A DNA stretch of 64,000 nucleotides from Octopus vulgaris (lineage: Eukaryota). The position numbers and the translations under genes are program-made. Within the stretch, counting starts at the first letter, position 1, and each line of letters opens with the position of its first letter. The notes below the pieces were generated by a model that worked only from the letters and a program-made list of their open reading frames with translations, was not told the origin of the DNA and did no database searches. Of this stretch, positions 51,700 to 64,000 are shown piece after piece. The stretch covers positions 216,442,001-216,506,000 of the forward strand of contig OX597814.1 in NCBI GenBank assembly GCA_951406725.2. The letters run 5' to 3'.

Positions 51700-52150
51700 A
51701 TCTATTCTTAAAATTTCATTATTACTAGTGAGAGTATGATATGCTAATATGTTTATGTGTAGAAGTTAAAATTTGAAAAATTTTATCAATACAAAAATTG
51801 CAATGAGAATATCCAGTTTTATAGGATTTCGCATATCTTATGATTTCCCACTTTAGGTTATGATTTTTATTATTATCCTTTAATTCCCAAATAGACTTCT
51901 TTAGACTAGTATAAGATAATTTACTTCTGTTTATAATTGTGCACCCATGGTTTGTAATATACATTTTTATGTAATTTTCCATAGATCCCATGCTTAAATT
52001 TGCAGTCACAATACATATTTTTATTTGCTCTTATAGACTTGCTTTCAGTCTTATCATTGCTCAAAGCTTTAGTATTCTGGTTACAGTAGGATACAACATT
52101 CATTGTTTCCCTTCATATTTTAGAAGATTTCTTTTTTTGTATATTCACTA
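51700..52150 (-). mobile_element. Naiad-type PLE GIY-YIG fragment
   Basis: CDCK, TSLKKSIWELKD..LKWEIIRYAKSYKTG..CNFC on the minus strand. Confidence 0.7.
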
Positions 52151-53416
52151 TAATCAGTATTATTTTTGTTGTCAAGTAATAAATCATTACTAAATCTAAC
52201 TGTACTGTTATAGAAATGAGTTAACTGTTTATTGTTATGTGAAAATATAATCTGAGAAACCTTGGTCGAGACATAATATCCAACACAGAGCCTGCTGGGG
52301 TTAATTATGTCGTAATACTTTATTTCTTTAGAAAAGTGATTTGTAAATAGTTTATAAAGAGATTTAACTAAATTTTAACCATCGCAGGTCAGATCATCAC
52401 CACGCATTAAATACCCCTGCAAATTTTCAGCTCGATCCTAGCATGTCTAGTGCCATTGAATCCTTACCAAAGCCAAAGTGTGCAAGCTTTTTCCCTCTTT
52501 TATATAAGTAGATTATATATATTCCTAGGCTTGTCCACGTGTACAGTAATACCATCCTTTCTCTTAAGTTCCAAGATTATTATTTTAATATTTCTCAAAT
52601 GCGTATCTCCTCTGTGGGGTGTATTTTTAAGATTTAACATTTTTTAGTATTTTCCACGACTCATATTCAAAGTTTGCTTGGTGAATATTTGGTGGTGAGT
52701 ATCTCTTTGTTGTAAACTGATACAACAGTGGTATTCCTTTGTCACTTTTGGTCCTTCACTGCTTTCCCATTTTCTTGTCAATAAGTCTAGGGGTGAACTC
52801 TATTGTCCTTTTTTTCTAAATCAAATCCTTGATTCGAATAAATTGATCTACTTACCACTAACTGTAGCGAAAGCATTGATTATACAAATCTAATGGTTAT
52901 GTTGTTTTGCAGTTATATTAACACACACATGCACTTAATCATCATCATCATCATTTAACGTCCGCTTTCCATGCTAGCATGGGTTGGACGGTTCAACTGG
53001 GGTCTGGGGAGCCCGAAAGCTGCACCAGTCCAGTCAGATCTGGCAGTGTTTCTACAGCTGGATGCCCTTCCTAACGCCAACCACTCCGAGAGTGTAGTGG
53101 GTGATTTTATGTGCCACCGACACAGGTGCCAGACGAGGCTGGCAGACGGCCACGCTCGGATGGTGTTTTTTATGTGCCACCGACACAGGTGCAAGACGAG
53201 GCTGGCAGACGGCCACGCTCGGATGGTGTTTTTATGTGCCACCGACACAGGTGCCAGACGAGGCTGGCAGACGGCCCTTAAATAAGATAATAATAACAAC
53301 AACAACAACAATAATAATAAAAACAATGCATCAACACAAGTAAGGGTTTATTTAAAAAACATTGCCACGTGCATAACTGAGGGATGGTATATACATACAC
53401 ACACATATATATATAC

Positions 53417-53447
<31 letters not shown>

Positions 53448-54560
53448 GGTGAGAAGCCAGGTCTTGACAACACACATTGGTTGTAAATGAACATAAAAAT
53501 CACTCAAGTGATGTCCAAAATGATTCTGAATGTTTCAATTGAAAAACATATCTGAATGTGTTAGACAGTTTTTGAGGAAATTCTAACTTAACAAGAAATA
53601 TAGGAAGAGAAAGTTGTGTTTATTTACACCACGCGACACATTATCGCGCACACACAGATACACACTTACATTGATATGTGTGTGTGTGTGTGTATTTTAG
53701 TTTTTGTTTACTTATATACATCAACAAATGAACCAATTGAATAACTATGTGGTTGTTCAATTTGCTAGAAATAACAGCCAAATCTCTCTCATACTATAAG
53801 GAAAAAATAGAATATTATTGAACTTCTTCGGCTCCATGATTTTAATTTTATTTTTAAAGGCTTACTTGATAGCAAAAGAAAAAAAAATTAGGAACATCTT
53901 GATTAAAACAGAAATTCTAACTTAACAAAAAATATAGAAAGAGAAACAAAAGTTTGTATGTGAAAGCCAAAAGATGTTTTTTAGCTGAGGTGTAATTTTA
54001 TGGTTAAAACAAATTCAAAATTTAAATCTTGGAACATAAGACTTACCATGTCATCTGGTGTATGGCCGAATTCAAATGGGTAGAAGACCTAAAAGACATG
54101 TGTGTGTGTGAGCTTGGGTATTTAATAGCCAGGGGTCAATTTCAGTTTAATCCTAGAAAGGAATTCAAATAATCAGCAACTCTGAAAAGACAGCTTCATG
54201 CTGTCATCTCTCTCTACCCCTCTCTCTTTTTCACTCTCTTTCTCTCTCACTTTCTCTCTCCCTTATGTGACACCCAGTATTAAATTTAAGTATCTTAATT
54301 TTCTCATTAAGACCGTTGTTGCTTCAGTAGCCCAGAAGACATGGGCATTGAGAAGTAGTAATACAAAACATAGGTGGTGGTTTCAAATCTCTCCCAGAAA
54401 TTACAAGAGACCTACTTAAAAAATTTTATTTAAGCAACAAAACTTCTTTCAACAATTTCTTTCTCTTAAGTGTTGCACACGTGTCAGGTGTGGCATATTA
54501 ATATTATTGATATATATTAACATATATGAACATGTATTAAGAAAGCAAATATCTTTGCAG

Positions 54561-54809
54561 GTGGGTTTGGAATTCAAGCTGAATCTAACAGAATTATGAA
54601 AGAAAGAAAGAGTGAACTGAAACCTGGAGAAGTAGTGTCAACTAAAGCTGGTAAACTAAAATGCAAGGCTATCATTCATGCTGTTGGACCCGTTTGGAAT
54701 AATGGAAGGATTCAGGAAATGGATTACCTTTCAAGAGCCGTTCAAAATTGTTTGGCAGTTCTTGAAGAAAAGTCTTATACATCAATTGCAATTCCTGCCA
54801 TCAGTACAG
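54561..54809 (+). CDS. PARP14-like macrodomain exon
   Basis: ttgcAG/GTAAG, phase 1-1, 249 nt: GGFGIQAES...GEVVSTKAGKLKCKAIIHAVGPVW...SIAIPAIST. Confidence 0.92.
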
Positions 54810-55982
54810 GTAAGAATTTACCATTTTAATTCTGTTCAAATTATTTGGTATAGAAATAAGAATTACAATATTCAAATATCTTCAGTTTGTTTCATCACTA
54901 CTCTCTGTCCATGCTGGAGCAGCACTGCCTTGAAAAATTTTTAGTCAAGTGAATCAATCTTAGTGTCCTTTGGCCTGCGCTAGGGAGTTTTAAGGTGAAG
55001 TGCAGTGCATGCAAACTGGCCCCACCCTTTAAGCACAAGCTTCATCTACCATGGCCTAGCGAGCTGGGACAGTGACAGCAAGATCCTCAGGCCATAGGTT
55101 TAAAGTCGGAGTTATCCTCTCCTACGAGGGTTGCCAACAATGGCTAATGAGCCCCTCCTGCCTGTGCCATCCAAACCTAGGTGAAAGAGAGAAAAGGATT
55201 CATGGTTTTCAGTAGGCATACCTGGTTGCCTAGGCCGGAGTAGGGGGTTAGCTAAGGAGACCCCCCACCTGGAGCCTTTGACTAAAAAGTATATCTACAA
55301 GGCAGCAAAGCGAGATCAGGGAGTCACACCGATTGATAGATGATGATGAGTAGACTAGTTCATACGCCTTTGCTTGGTCATTAACCAAACCGGAGTCCTA
55401 ATGATCAGGAAATTCCATTTGAGCCATTGACCAAATGGTTCTTCCGCCTCTTCTGGGATACAATGCCTCGGCTGAGACAAGGGACAGTGGCAATACAATA
55501 TGTACATTTTATATACACACACAGAGTTTAAAATGCAATATATACACCATATACAGTGTTTAAAATGTTTTTTTTTAAAAATGCAATACATACAATACAC
55601 ACACACAGACACACATGCACAAAGCACTCCGCACACACATGTTGTTGGATGGCTATTGACTATGCTGTAGTTCTTCCGCCCTTTGAAAAGTCTTATATTT
55701 TGTGCTGCAGGGTGTCCAACAAACACCCGCCTCACCAAGCAAGCCTGGTGGGGTTGCCAGTTTAGTTGCCAAAGACCCGACCATGTAACAGGTTATACTG
55801 GACTACATGCTACCAGTAGCAATCAAGTGACCTTAGTACATATTGTTTTAAAGTATGGTACTTATTCTATCAATCTCTCTTGCTGAACCACTAAGTTACA
55901 TGGACATAAACACACCAACACCAGTTATCAAGTAGTAGTGGGAACAAACACATGCATATATATGTATATATATATATATATA

Positions 55983-57580
55983 TCATTTAACGTCTGTTGT
56001 CCATGCTGGCATGGGTTGGACAATTTGTGAGGAGGTGTCACGCTGGAAGATTGCACCAGGATCCAGTCTGATTTGGTATAGTTCGCTATGGTTGGATGCC
56101 CTTCCTAATGCCAACCACTCCAAGAGTGTAATGGGTATTTTTACGGGCCACTAGCACCATTTGCATGACACCAGTATCTGCCATGACTGCGATTGTGCTC
56201 CGCTTGATGCGTCTTCTTCTCAAGAATGACATAATGCCAAAGGTCTTGGTCATTGCCTCCGTGAAGCCCAAAACTCGAAAGTAACTCAGCCACTTTGTCG
56301 CCATGGAACCAATGCTCAAAAGGAACTCAGCCACCTTGATTCTGTGAGGCCCAACACTCGAAAGGAACTCAACCACTTTGTCTCTGTGAGGCCCAATATT
56401 CAAGGTTGATTTTCTTTTGTGCCACCAGTATGGGTGCAGTTGACTTGAGTCCTCTTAAGCAGAGCACATCGTCAAAGGTCTTTGTCTACAGTCATTGCTT
56501 TTGTGAGGTTCAAGTTTCAGAAATCATACTGGCTTCATTTCTCTCAAGCCTACACATGTCCTCGGCTGTTATAGCCCATGTTACGCTGCCATGCTGAATT
56601 GATATTCACACACAGGCAGCAAACAGCCTGCCTTTCACTCTGAGAGAGAAGCCCTTTGTTGCCAGCAGGGGTTGCAGCTCTCTGAACTTTGCCCAAACTA
56701 ATCTTATTCTCACAGCAATGCTCTTGGAACAACCACCTCCACTACTGACCTGGTTGCCTAGATACCAGAAGCTATCTACTACCTCTTTCTGTTGACTACC
56801 TGGCAGTCGACGAAGTCTATTTTCCACACACATTCAGCATTTATTACGCCTGTACAACTCCTACATACAAAGGATAGTTTCTCTGTTAACATTCCTTTGA
56901 TGTTGCTGCACCTTTTGTGTATCCAAAGCTTGCACTGGGTGCATCTTGTGAAGTTTCTACCTACACCTTTTCTACAGACTGAGCAGGGCCATCTACCTGA
57001 AGGGATTTGTGATTTGTCTGCCTTCCTACTTACTATGACTTTGTTTTTGCTAGGTTAACTCTAGACCTTGTTTCCATCACTTCCTCTCTAGTGCAGGTAG
57101 TGATTCAGCTATGACAGCAAGGTCATCAGCATAGAGGAGCTCCCAGGGGGCTGCCTGTCTTGAATTCCTTTGTTATTGCCTTGAGAACTATGATGAACAA
57201 GAGAGGAATGAGCACCGATCCTTGGTGAAACCCTACTTGCATCCTGCATTCTTCGTTGTACTCGTTGCCCAACCTCACCTTACTGGTAGCATCCCTGTAG
57301 AAGGCTCGTACAGCTCTCACCAACCACTCGTCTATTCGTAGTTGCTATGTTGACCACCAGATAAGGGATTGGGCACTCTGTCAAAGACTTTCTCCAAGTC
57401 AACAAATGCCATGTACAGGGGCTTATCTTTGATAGGAATTTCTCCTGCAGCTGTCTTACCAGAAATATAGCATCAGTGGTGCTTCTCCCTGGAACAAATC
57501 CAAACTGCATCTCATCTAGATTCTCTCCCAGATTAGTTGGGCTATGACTCTCTCTGCAAATTTTGTCACCTGATCCACGA
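55983..57580 (-). mobile_element. RTE LINE, 5'-truncated, degenerate
   Basis: MQFGFVPGRSTTDAIF, HQGSVL, YADD, YLG, RIRLVWAKFREL; RTE 3' UTR. Confidence 0.88.
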
Positions 57581-57699
57581 GAGGTTTCAGTTTCTGTCTA
57601 CCAAATCCACTCACAGGGCTTTGGTCAGACCAAGGTTATAGTAACATAATTACTATCAAATAGGAATGAAATCCAAAAAAGTCCAATTTCAAATGAAAG

Positions 57700-58380
57700 C
57701 ATACACTTGCTCCAATGTTCATTGATTCCATAGAAAATAATATGCATGGAGAGTGTCAATCTTGAGTATTCAAGTACTCCTGTTTGATTATTTCTGTCTA
57801 ACCTTATTTTCTGGGGAAGTTAGTTTGGTGCAGAACCTGTATGAGTTAATTATGTATAGTAGTGGTCATAACTTGTTGAATTTCAAAGAGTGTTGCATGC
57901 ATATTGTCTCTGCTTCTCTTTCAAGCATTTAGTTTTGGTGAGAATTTTTCATAAACAACCATTGTACAGATATGTCATGCCAAACTGTATGGCATGTTCC
58001 ATTTGATGTATGAATGACAATAAAAGTAGAAGTTCAAGCATTAATGTGTGACTGATTCTATTTCCGTAGTAAAATATATCTGTTGTGACTGTGGAGTTGC
58101 ATATTTTTATGTGAATCACTGGGATTGGTAAGTCATTATAGTTGGTTTCTGTTTTGAATTTGATAGATGGCTGAAGAATGTTGAGGATGTTATTAAATAT
58201 TCATAGATCGTTATTTGATCTATTCTAAAAACTGAAGCAGTCATCGAGGAAGGGGCTCCACGTTTCAATGGCATCTTTCTTGAAATTTTGGTCAAAAGCC
58301 TTTTCTACTTACTTGTATAGTTTTCCTTGTAAGAAATCCATAATGAGGTTAGCATATAAGGGTGCAAATTTCGTCCCCAT
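57700..58380 (-). mobile_element. Penelope/Neptune-like PLE RT fragment
   Basis: Reverse complement reads MGTKFAPLYANLIMDFL and NMPYSLA..ICT. Confidence 0.65.
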
Positions 58381-58549
58381 TAAGAATATAAATGATGAGT
58401 CAGCATTTAGAAATAAATCTTACTTCACCCCTTACATGTAGGGGGTGTGACAAACATTTAGATACGTATATAGACACAAATTTCCAAATTCACTCTCAGA
58501 GCCTGTAAATGCAAACAGAACATTTGCTAAGAAGCAAAGGAAGCTTCAC

Positions 58550-58800
58550 TAACACTAACTGAAGAATGCCAATTGAATCATTGTCAAAGATGCCAATAAG
58601 GATGGGGTGATAGTGATTATAGAGAGGGACGATTACAAAGACAAAATATTGGAATATCTAACCAACCAAAACTACTATAAGAAAGACAGAACATTAATTG
58701 ACCAATACCCAGACTTCTTCACAGGTAAGGAAATTTACTTATGTAAATCAGAAACTTAAGACTGTAATTTTTACAGATTACTCAAGATCCACAGAAACTT
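58550..58800 (+). mobile_element. Penelope/Neptune-like PLE N-terminal RT fragment
   Basis: IIVKDANKDGVIVIIERDDYKDKILEYL..YY and FYRLLKIH resemble ADKG..VV.D...Y and FY.LPKIHK. Confidence 0.6.
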
Positions 58801-59461
58801 TTGTTTGAAATCTCAATTTTCATAGAATTCCCATTTTTGTGAGGAGCCTCATTCTTGTTAGAAGACCCAATTTGGTATTATTCCGGGGGAAAGAAAATGA
58901 TGTAAAACAATGTGATATTCTCAGCAGGGGAAAGAGAGGAACAAAACACATTTTAACTGAATGTAAATACTGCGTATATGATGAAGGAAACACTGGCAAG
59001 TTACTTTTTCTTTTTTAAATCGTTAATAGGTTTAATGTCAAAGGTGATTTAGAGAAAGAGAAGGAGGAGAAAGAAAGAAATTAGCAGAAAACTAAGAGAA
59101 ATATAGTGTGATAGGTGAATGGGAATAAAACTTAAAGGCATGGAAATAGATATATGTAGTGGAAATGAAATGTAAGAAGACAGAGGTTGTATTTTATGGA
59201 TTGGTAGTAATTACTTATAGGAACTAAAGGTATGTTTTTGCCAATGTTTGCAATGCTAAATACGTTCTGTAGACATATTTACAAGAGAATTCTCCAAGAA
59301 CAGAATGAGATATAGTTCTTCGTTACAGAGCGGAATACAAAATTAGAGACAAATGACTGTGTGATAAACTTTCATAGATGAATGTATGAATATGTTGCAG
59401 TTAAGAAAATGTGTGAGCTAAGGTTATCTTAGGCAACAACATCGTTCAATTTCCATGATTA

Positions 59462-59495
<34 letters not shown>

Positions 59496-59805
59496 ACTGA
59501 ACGAACAACAAAGAAAAGAAAATGTGTTCAACATGAGAGAGAGGGAGACAAACTTATATCTTATTAAATACCATTGTAAATTAATGGGGACTAAAGACCC
59601 TCCCCCTCAGTCATGAATGGCCATGGTATTGCACCTAGAAATTTCCCCCCTGTCTATTAAAGAATATTCTTCTAAATGATGGAATTGTATTGTTTCTTGG
59701 CATTGCAGCTGATAAATTACTGAAATTATATCACAGGTTAATTATATATATTTTGAGTAAGAACAATTGTTGGATTAAGTATGTTGTATACTTTATTTAT
59801 TACAG

Positions 59806-59985
59806 GTATTTATGGTATACCCATAGAAAAGGGAACCAAATGTACAGTAACAGCTATAAAGGAATATCTTGATACTCACTCGAATTCTAAAATAAAACAT
59901 ATTTGTTTGATTGATATACGGAAGGAAGTAATCAGAGCTTTTAAGCTTCATCTAGAAATGGTGTTTGGAATCAGTAAAAGCAGAG
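59806..59985 (+). CDS. PARP14-like macrodomain C-terminal exon
   Basis: ttacAG/GTAGG, phase 1-1, 180 nt: GIYGIPIEKGTKCTVTAIKEYL...IKHICLIDIRKEVIRAF. Confidence 0.9.
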
Positions 59986-60149
59986 GTAGGACTTGTTATT
60001 TATTTGATATTTTAGTGAAAATTTAAATGATTTATTTCAGGTGTTAATTAAGATTTTTCCTCCTTCAGTCAACTTTTATCTGATTCCTATTATGTATTAT
60101 GGGCAGAGTCATGGATTTGTGGTTAAAAAGCTTCATTTCGAACCATGTT

Positions 60150-62280
60150 GAATCTCTAAAGGTTCAACCCCTCCTCAAAGCGGTAGGGTGGTGTAAAAGG
60201 GCAGTGTCAGAGCTATGCTGTCGGGAACTTTGGTTCCTGGTGGATTGGTCTGGCACCGAGCGGTATTAGGGCCGCAGACTGGCAAACGGAACTCTGGTGA
60301 AAATTCCAAGAGGCGTCTGATCGGCAACTGGTCGCTTTGAGGTCGTTCGGTCCCTGCATCTGTGGAGACTCCACAGCAAATAATGCATCCCGTCTCTCAG
60401 GATATGCATGCAGGATATCGGGGACCACTTGTGAATTCAATATTCCCACGAAACTTCTTCTATGAATCCTACTACTACCATGGCAATAAATACGAATACG
60501 AATTATCTACCTATGCAAACAATCAACAAACCTCAAACTGCTATGGCCATTCAAACTACTCCTGGAGTATTCCTGCTCTTTAAATGTAGGACAGAACTGA
60601 AGGTACCGTGCAGGAATATCAGAACTCTTCGCGACAACGGTGTCCAGTCGCTAACAATGAAGGCTTTGCACAAGTATTATGTGAATGTTGCTTGCCTTTC
60701 AGAGGTCCAACTCGCTGATGTTGGCCATCTTCCTATTAAGGTGCTGTGCGAGGATGTCAGTTATCACCTATATTATAGTGGCGTGACCGACAACAGTGGT
60801 TTTCATAGGGTTGCTGTGGCGCTCAGCCCTGACGTGCAAGCGGCTCTGCTGGCATGGCAACCGATCTCACACCGACTTGCGCTGGTTCGATTGAGGTGTC
60901 AAATCGCCAATGTCGTGAGATTGCTGTCTACATGCCCACTCTCTGTGCAGACGATGCGGACAAGGTGCAGTTCTATACTGATCTCCAGGCTGCCGTGGAT
61001 GGTGTCCCATCCAGTGATGTTCTCATTGTTGCCGGGGACTGGAATGTATGAACAGGGCGGGCTGATGATACAATGCGACATTTTCTGGGACGCCATGCCA
61101 CTGTGACAATGGTGAACGGCTCATATCCTTCGCAGATGCCAATTGTCTCATTGTTACTAATACCCGGTTCCAACATCCTCTGCGCCATCTCGTCACTTGG
61201 CGGTTCAATGATGGGAGAACAACCAATGAGATCGACTACATACTGGTCAGGTCCGGCTCGGCTGGCTCAGTGTTGGACGCTCGTGCATATCGCGGGGCTG
61301 ATACGAGCAGCGAGCATGGGTCTGACCATACTCTTGTTCGGGCAACCCTTCGTTTGCAGATGCAGGAAAAACCTCCTCCGAACCATAAGAAGAGAATTGA
61401 CATCTTGCAACTCAAACTCAATGCTGGCAATGGTTTCCAGTTGGAGTTGTGGAGCGAATTCCAGTTGCTTGGTGACGTGGTGGAACAGCAGCTGGAGGAG
61501 GAGTGGCACGCGCTGAAGGAGGTGAGGTGACAGTTGAGGTGGCCTGAAAACACCTCTGGCCTACTCGCCGCCGTCATAGGGACTGTATCTCCGGCGACAC
61601 TCTTGAACTCGTGGAGAGGGCTAGGGTGGCTCGGCGTGAGGGGGCACTAAATCTACGAGATCTCCAACGTCAAGCCTCTCGGGCCATCTGGACCAATCGA
61701 AATGCAGACTAGCATGCATAACCGGGTTAGATGGAGAGAGCAGCCGCATGCGACCATGAAAGCTTTACAGACTAGTGAAGCAGGCCAGCTGTAGCAATCT
61801 GGGTGTCAGTGAGACGATCTGTGATCGGAACAGTGTGGTCATTACCAACCTCAATGAATGGCTGCGCCACCTGCCTCCATCTACGACAACCGACGCGCAG
61901 CCGCCTGGAGAAGAGTACGGGTGCAACTCTGCCCCTTCAATCGCTGAGGAGATGCGCGGTATCCTGAAAAATCTCCGGAACAACAAGGCCCTTGGTGAGG
62001 ACGGTGTCCCAGCTGAGATCTACTAGGCCAAGCCTGATGTCTTTGCAGCCTGGCTCCATCGTGTCTTCTGTGCCGTGTGGGTGATGGAGGGTTTTCCTGA
62101 TGACTGGAGTGAGGCAACTCCTTTACCTTTCTTCAAAAAAGGTGATAGAAAGCTGCCTCCAACTATAGAGGCATCAGCTTGATCGATGTGGCTGCCAACA
62201 TGTTTGCAATTCTTCTTCTAAAGAGGATCCAGGCCATCCGTAATGTCTGTACTCGTCCTTCTCAGGGTGGCTTCCATCAG
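60150..62280 (+). mobile_element. GC-rich RTE-clade LINE (5' UTR, APE, start of RT), degenerate
   Basis: NIRTL, VACLSE, AVYMPT, VAGDWN, EIDYILV, GSDHTLV, KALGEDGVPAE, PFFKKGD, NYRGISL. Confidence 0.85.
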
Positions 62281-62723
62281 TTTCAGTCAAACCGTCCAAC
62301 CCATGCCAGCATGGAAAGTGGATGTTAAATGACGATGATTATGATGATGATTTACATTTTCTACTAATCATTCTTTAAAGAGAAATTTCTTGAAATAAGT
62401 GTTTTATTTTCTTACGTCCAATAATGTTGAACCAAGAGTTATAGCGTTGTCTGACTCTAAAGTATTTACGAGAGGCCATTTAGCTCTGGAAGCCTTCTTC
62501 AACTGAATAACCAAGTTTCTTTCCTTGAACAGGTTACCCTGTTAGAAATTACTTCTCACATGACCATCAGCCTGAGTCATGTGATGTGGTAAGCAGGTAA
62601 ATTGTGTGAAGCAGACAACACTGCCATATGATTAATATATACATGAAAGAAAAATTACAAGGAAAGTTTGAAAATGCACCATATATACATACATACATAC
62701 ATATATATATATATGTATATATA

Positions 62724-62754
<31 letters not shown>

Positions 62755-63071
62755 GAAGATATATATGTGTATATATATATATATGTGTGTGTGTGTATAT
62801 ATATATATATGTGTGTGTGTATATATATCTATATATGTGTGTGTGTATATATATCTATATATATATATATACACATATCCTTGACTAAAATTTTAAAGAC
62901 TACATGTTTATTATGGACTTCTGGTCACACATGTGCAATGATATATAGTAACTAGCCTGAACATTACCTGCACCATGCCTATACATGTGTGTTGCAACGT
63001 ATTTCTTTCCTTAAAATTTAAACAAGACTCGAGGAACACACAATCTATTATATAGAAACAAAGCGTTTCCA

Positions 63072-64000
63072 AATGAAGTAAAAGCTAGAAAGGAAAATCT
63101 AAGAACAGCATGGATAGATTATAGGAAAGCCTATGACATGATCCCACACTCATGGCTAAGTGGATGTTTGAGTATATTCAGTAATTGCAGACAACAAAAG
63201 AGAATTAATTAGCTTTAGCGTGAAGGAATGGAAAGTAGATCTCTGCTCAAGTGACACACTCTTAGGAAAAGTTAATATCAAAAGAGGAATTTTCCAGAGG
63301 GAGTCGTTGTCCCCTTTAATATTTTGTCTTATGTTTGATCCCTCCCCAGTTTAGTATTAAAGAAGGCAGAGGCCAGGTATCAGTTCAGAAATAGTAAGGG
63401 AAAAATTAACCATTTGTTCTACATGGATGATGAGAAGCTTTTTAGTAAGAATGAAAAAGAGATAGATCCCTTAATACAGAATCTAAGATTCTTGAGCAAA
63501 GATACAGGCATGGAATTTGGCATAGATAAGGGTGCAATATTAGTCATGATGAAAAGGGACAGGTAGTCAACAGCGAAGGCATCCAATTGGCCAGACATTG
63601 AAATCATTGAAAGGAGGACAGAGTTATAAGTATCTAGGAGTATTAGAATCTGACAGGGAACTAACTATAGAAATGAAAAGGAAAATTGAAAAGGAGTACA
63701 TCAAAAGGGTGAGAGGAAGTTAATGAAGTCAAAGCTAACTGGTCTGAATCTAGTGAAGGCTGTAAATACTTGGGCAGTATCCTTATTTAGATACTCAGCA
63801 GCTTTTGTAGATTGGACAAAAACTGAATTAGTAAAGCTAAGCAGAAGAAGTAGGAAGGAATTCAATATGAATGGAGGACTCCATCCAAGGCAGGAGTAGC
63901 AAGATTATGCTTACCTAGAAAAGAAGGTGAGAAGTAGGTTAATATCAGTAGAAGACTTCTTGGAGATAGCTAGAGTAGATATAGACTCCTATGTAGATAA
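63072..64000 (+). mobile_element. R4/Dong-like LINE, 3' continuation (RT core)
   Basis: NEVKARKENLRTAWIDYRKAYDMIPHSW, IKRGIFQ.ESLSPLIF, INHLFYMDD, GMEFGIDK, YKYLG, AVNTWAV, GLHP; runs off the window end. Confidence 0.9.

Larger units (their letters stand above)
4740..59985 (+). pseudogene. PARP14: PARP14/PARP9-like macrodomain gene model (N-terminal part; disrupted or rearranged as assembled; orthology uncertain)
   Basis: Phase-compatible GT-AG exons 13283-13317, 31867-32064, 33633-33869, 38359-38590 encode RRM-like repeats with YFEN..SSGG. Exons 50328-51319, 54561-54809, 59806-59985 encode a KH-like region and a complete macrodomain. Defects: +1 frameshift near 38510, in-frame TAG at 50692-50694, phase mismatch between exon 5 and exon 6. 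No WWE/PARP catalytic domain in the window. Confidence 0.75.

Overview
Repeat-dense animal genomic DNA, most likely cephalopod (Octopus-like); this is inferred from the SINE/RTE families and the (TA)n/(CA)n/(CAT)n density. A + strand PARP14/PARP9-like immune gene (RRM-like YFEN..SGG repeats, KH-like region, macrodomain) runs through almost the whole window, with small exons in TE-filled introns. Upstream of it lies a 30-bp x ~25.5 minisatellite in which every unit carries an IRF-type AANTGAAAGTGAA site, followed by a STAT/GAS site, an ISRE-like site and a consensus splice donor. The macrodomain exons (approx. 50328-59985) sit inside a ~13.0-kb block that splits one R4/Dong LINE at a single RT codon, so they look like a DNA-level duplicated insert rather than the simple continuation of the gene. 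TEs include an intact Naiad-type Penelope-like element (711-aa RT+GIY-YIG) with pseudo-LTRs carrying hammerhead ribozymes, two further hammerhead motifs, a Tx1/L1-like LINE, many RTE copies, a multiply deleted CR1, a Tc1 element, a Rep-less Helitron, TTAA MITEs and tRNA-type SINEs. All calls are by eye from sequence and the ORF track; no database searches were run, and TE boundaries are approximate.
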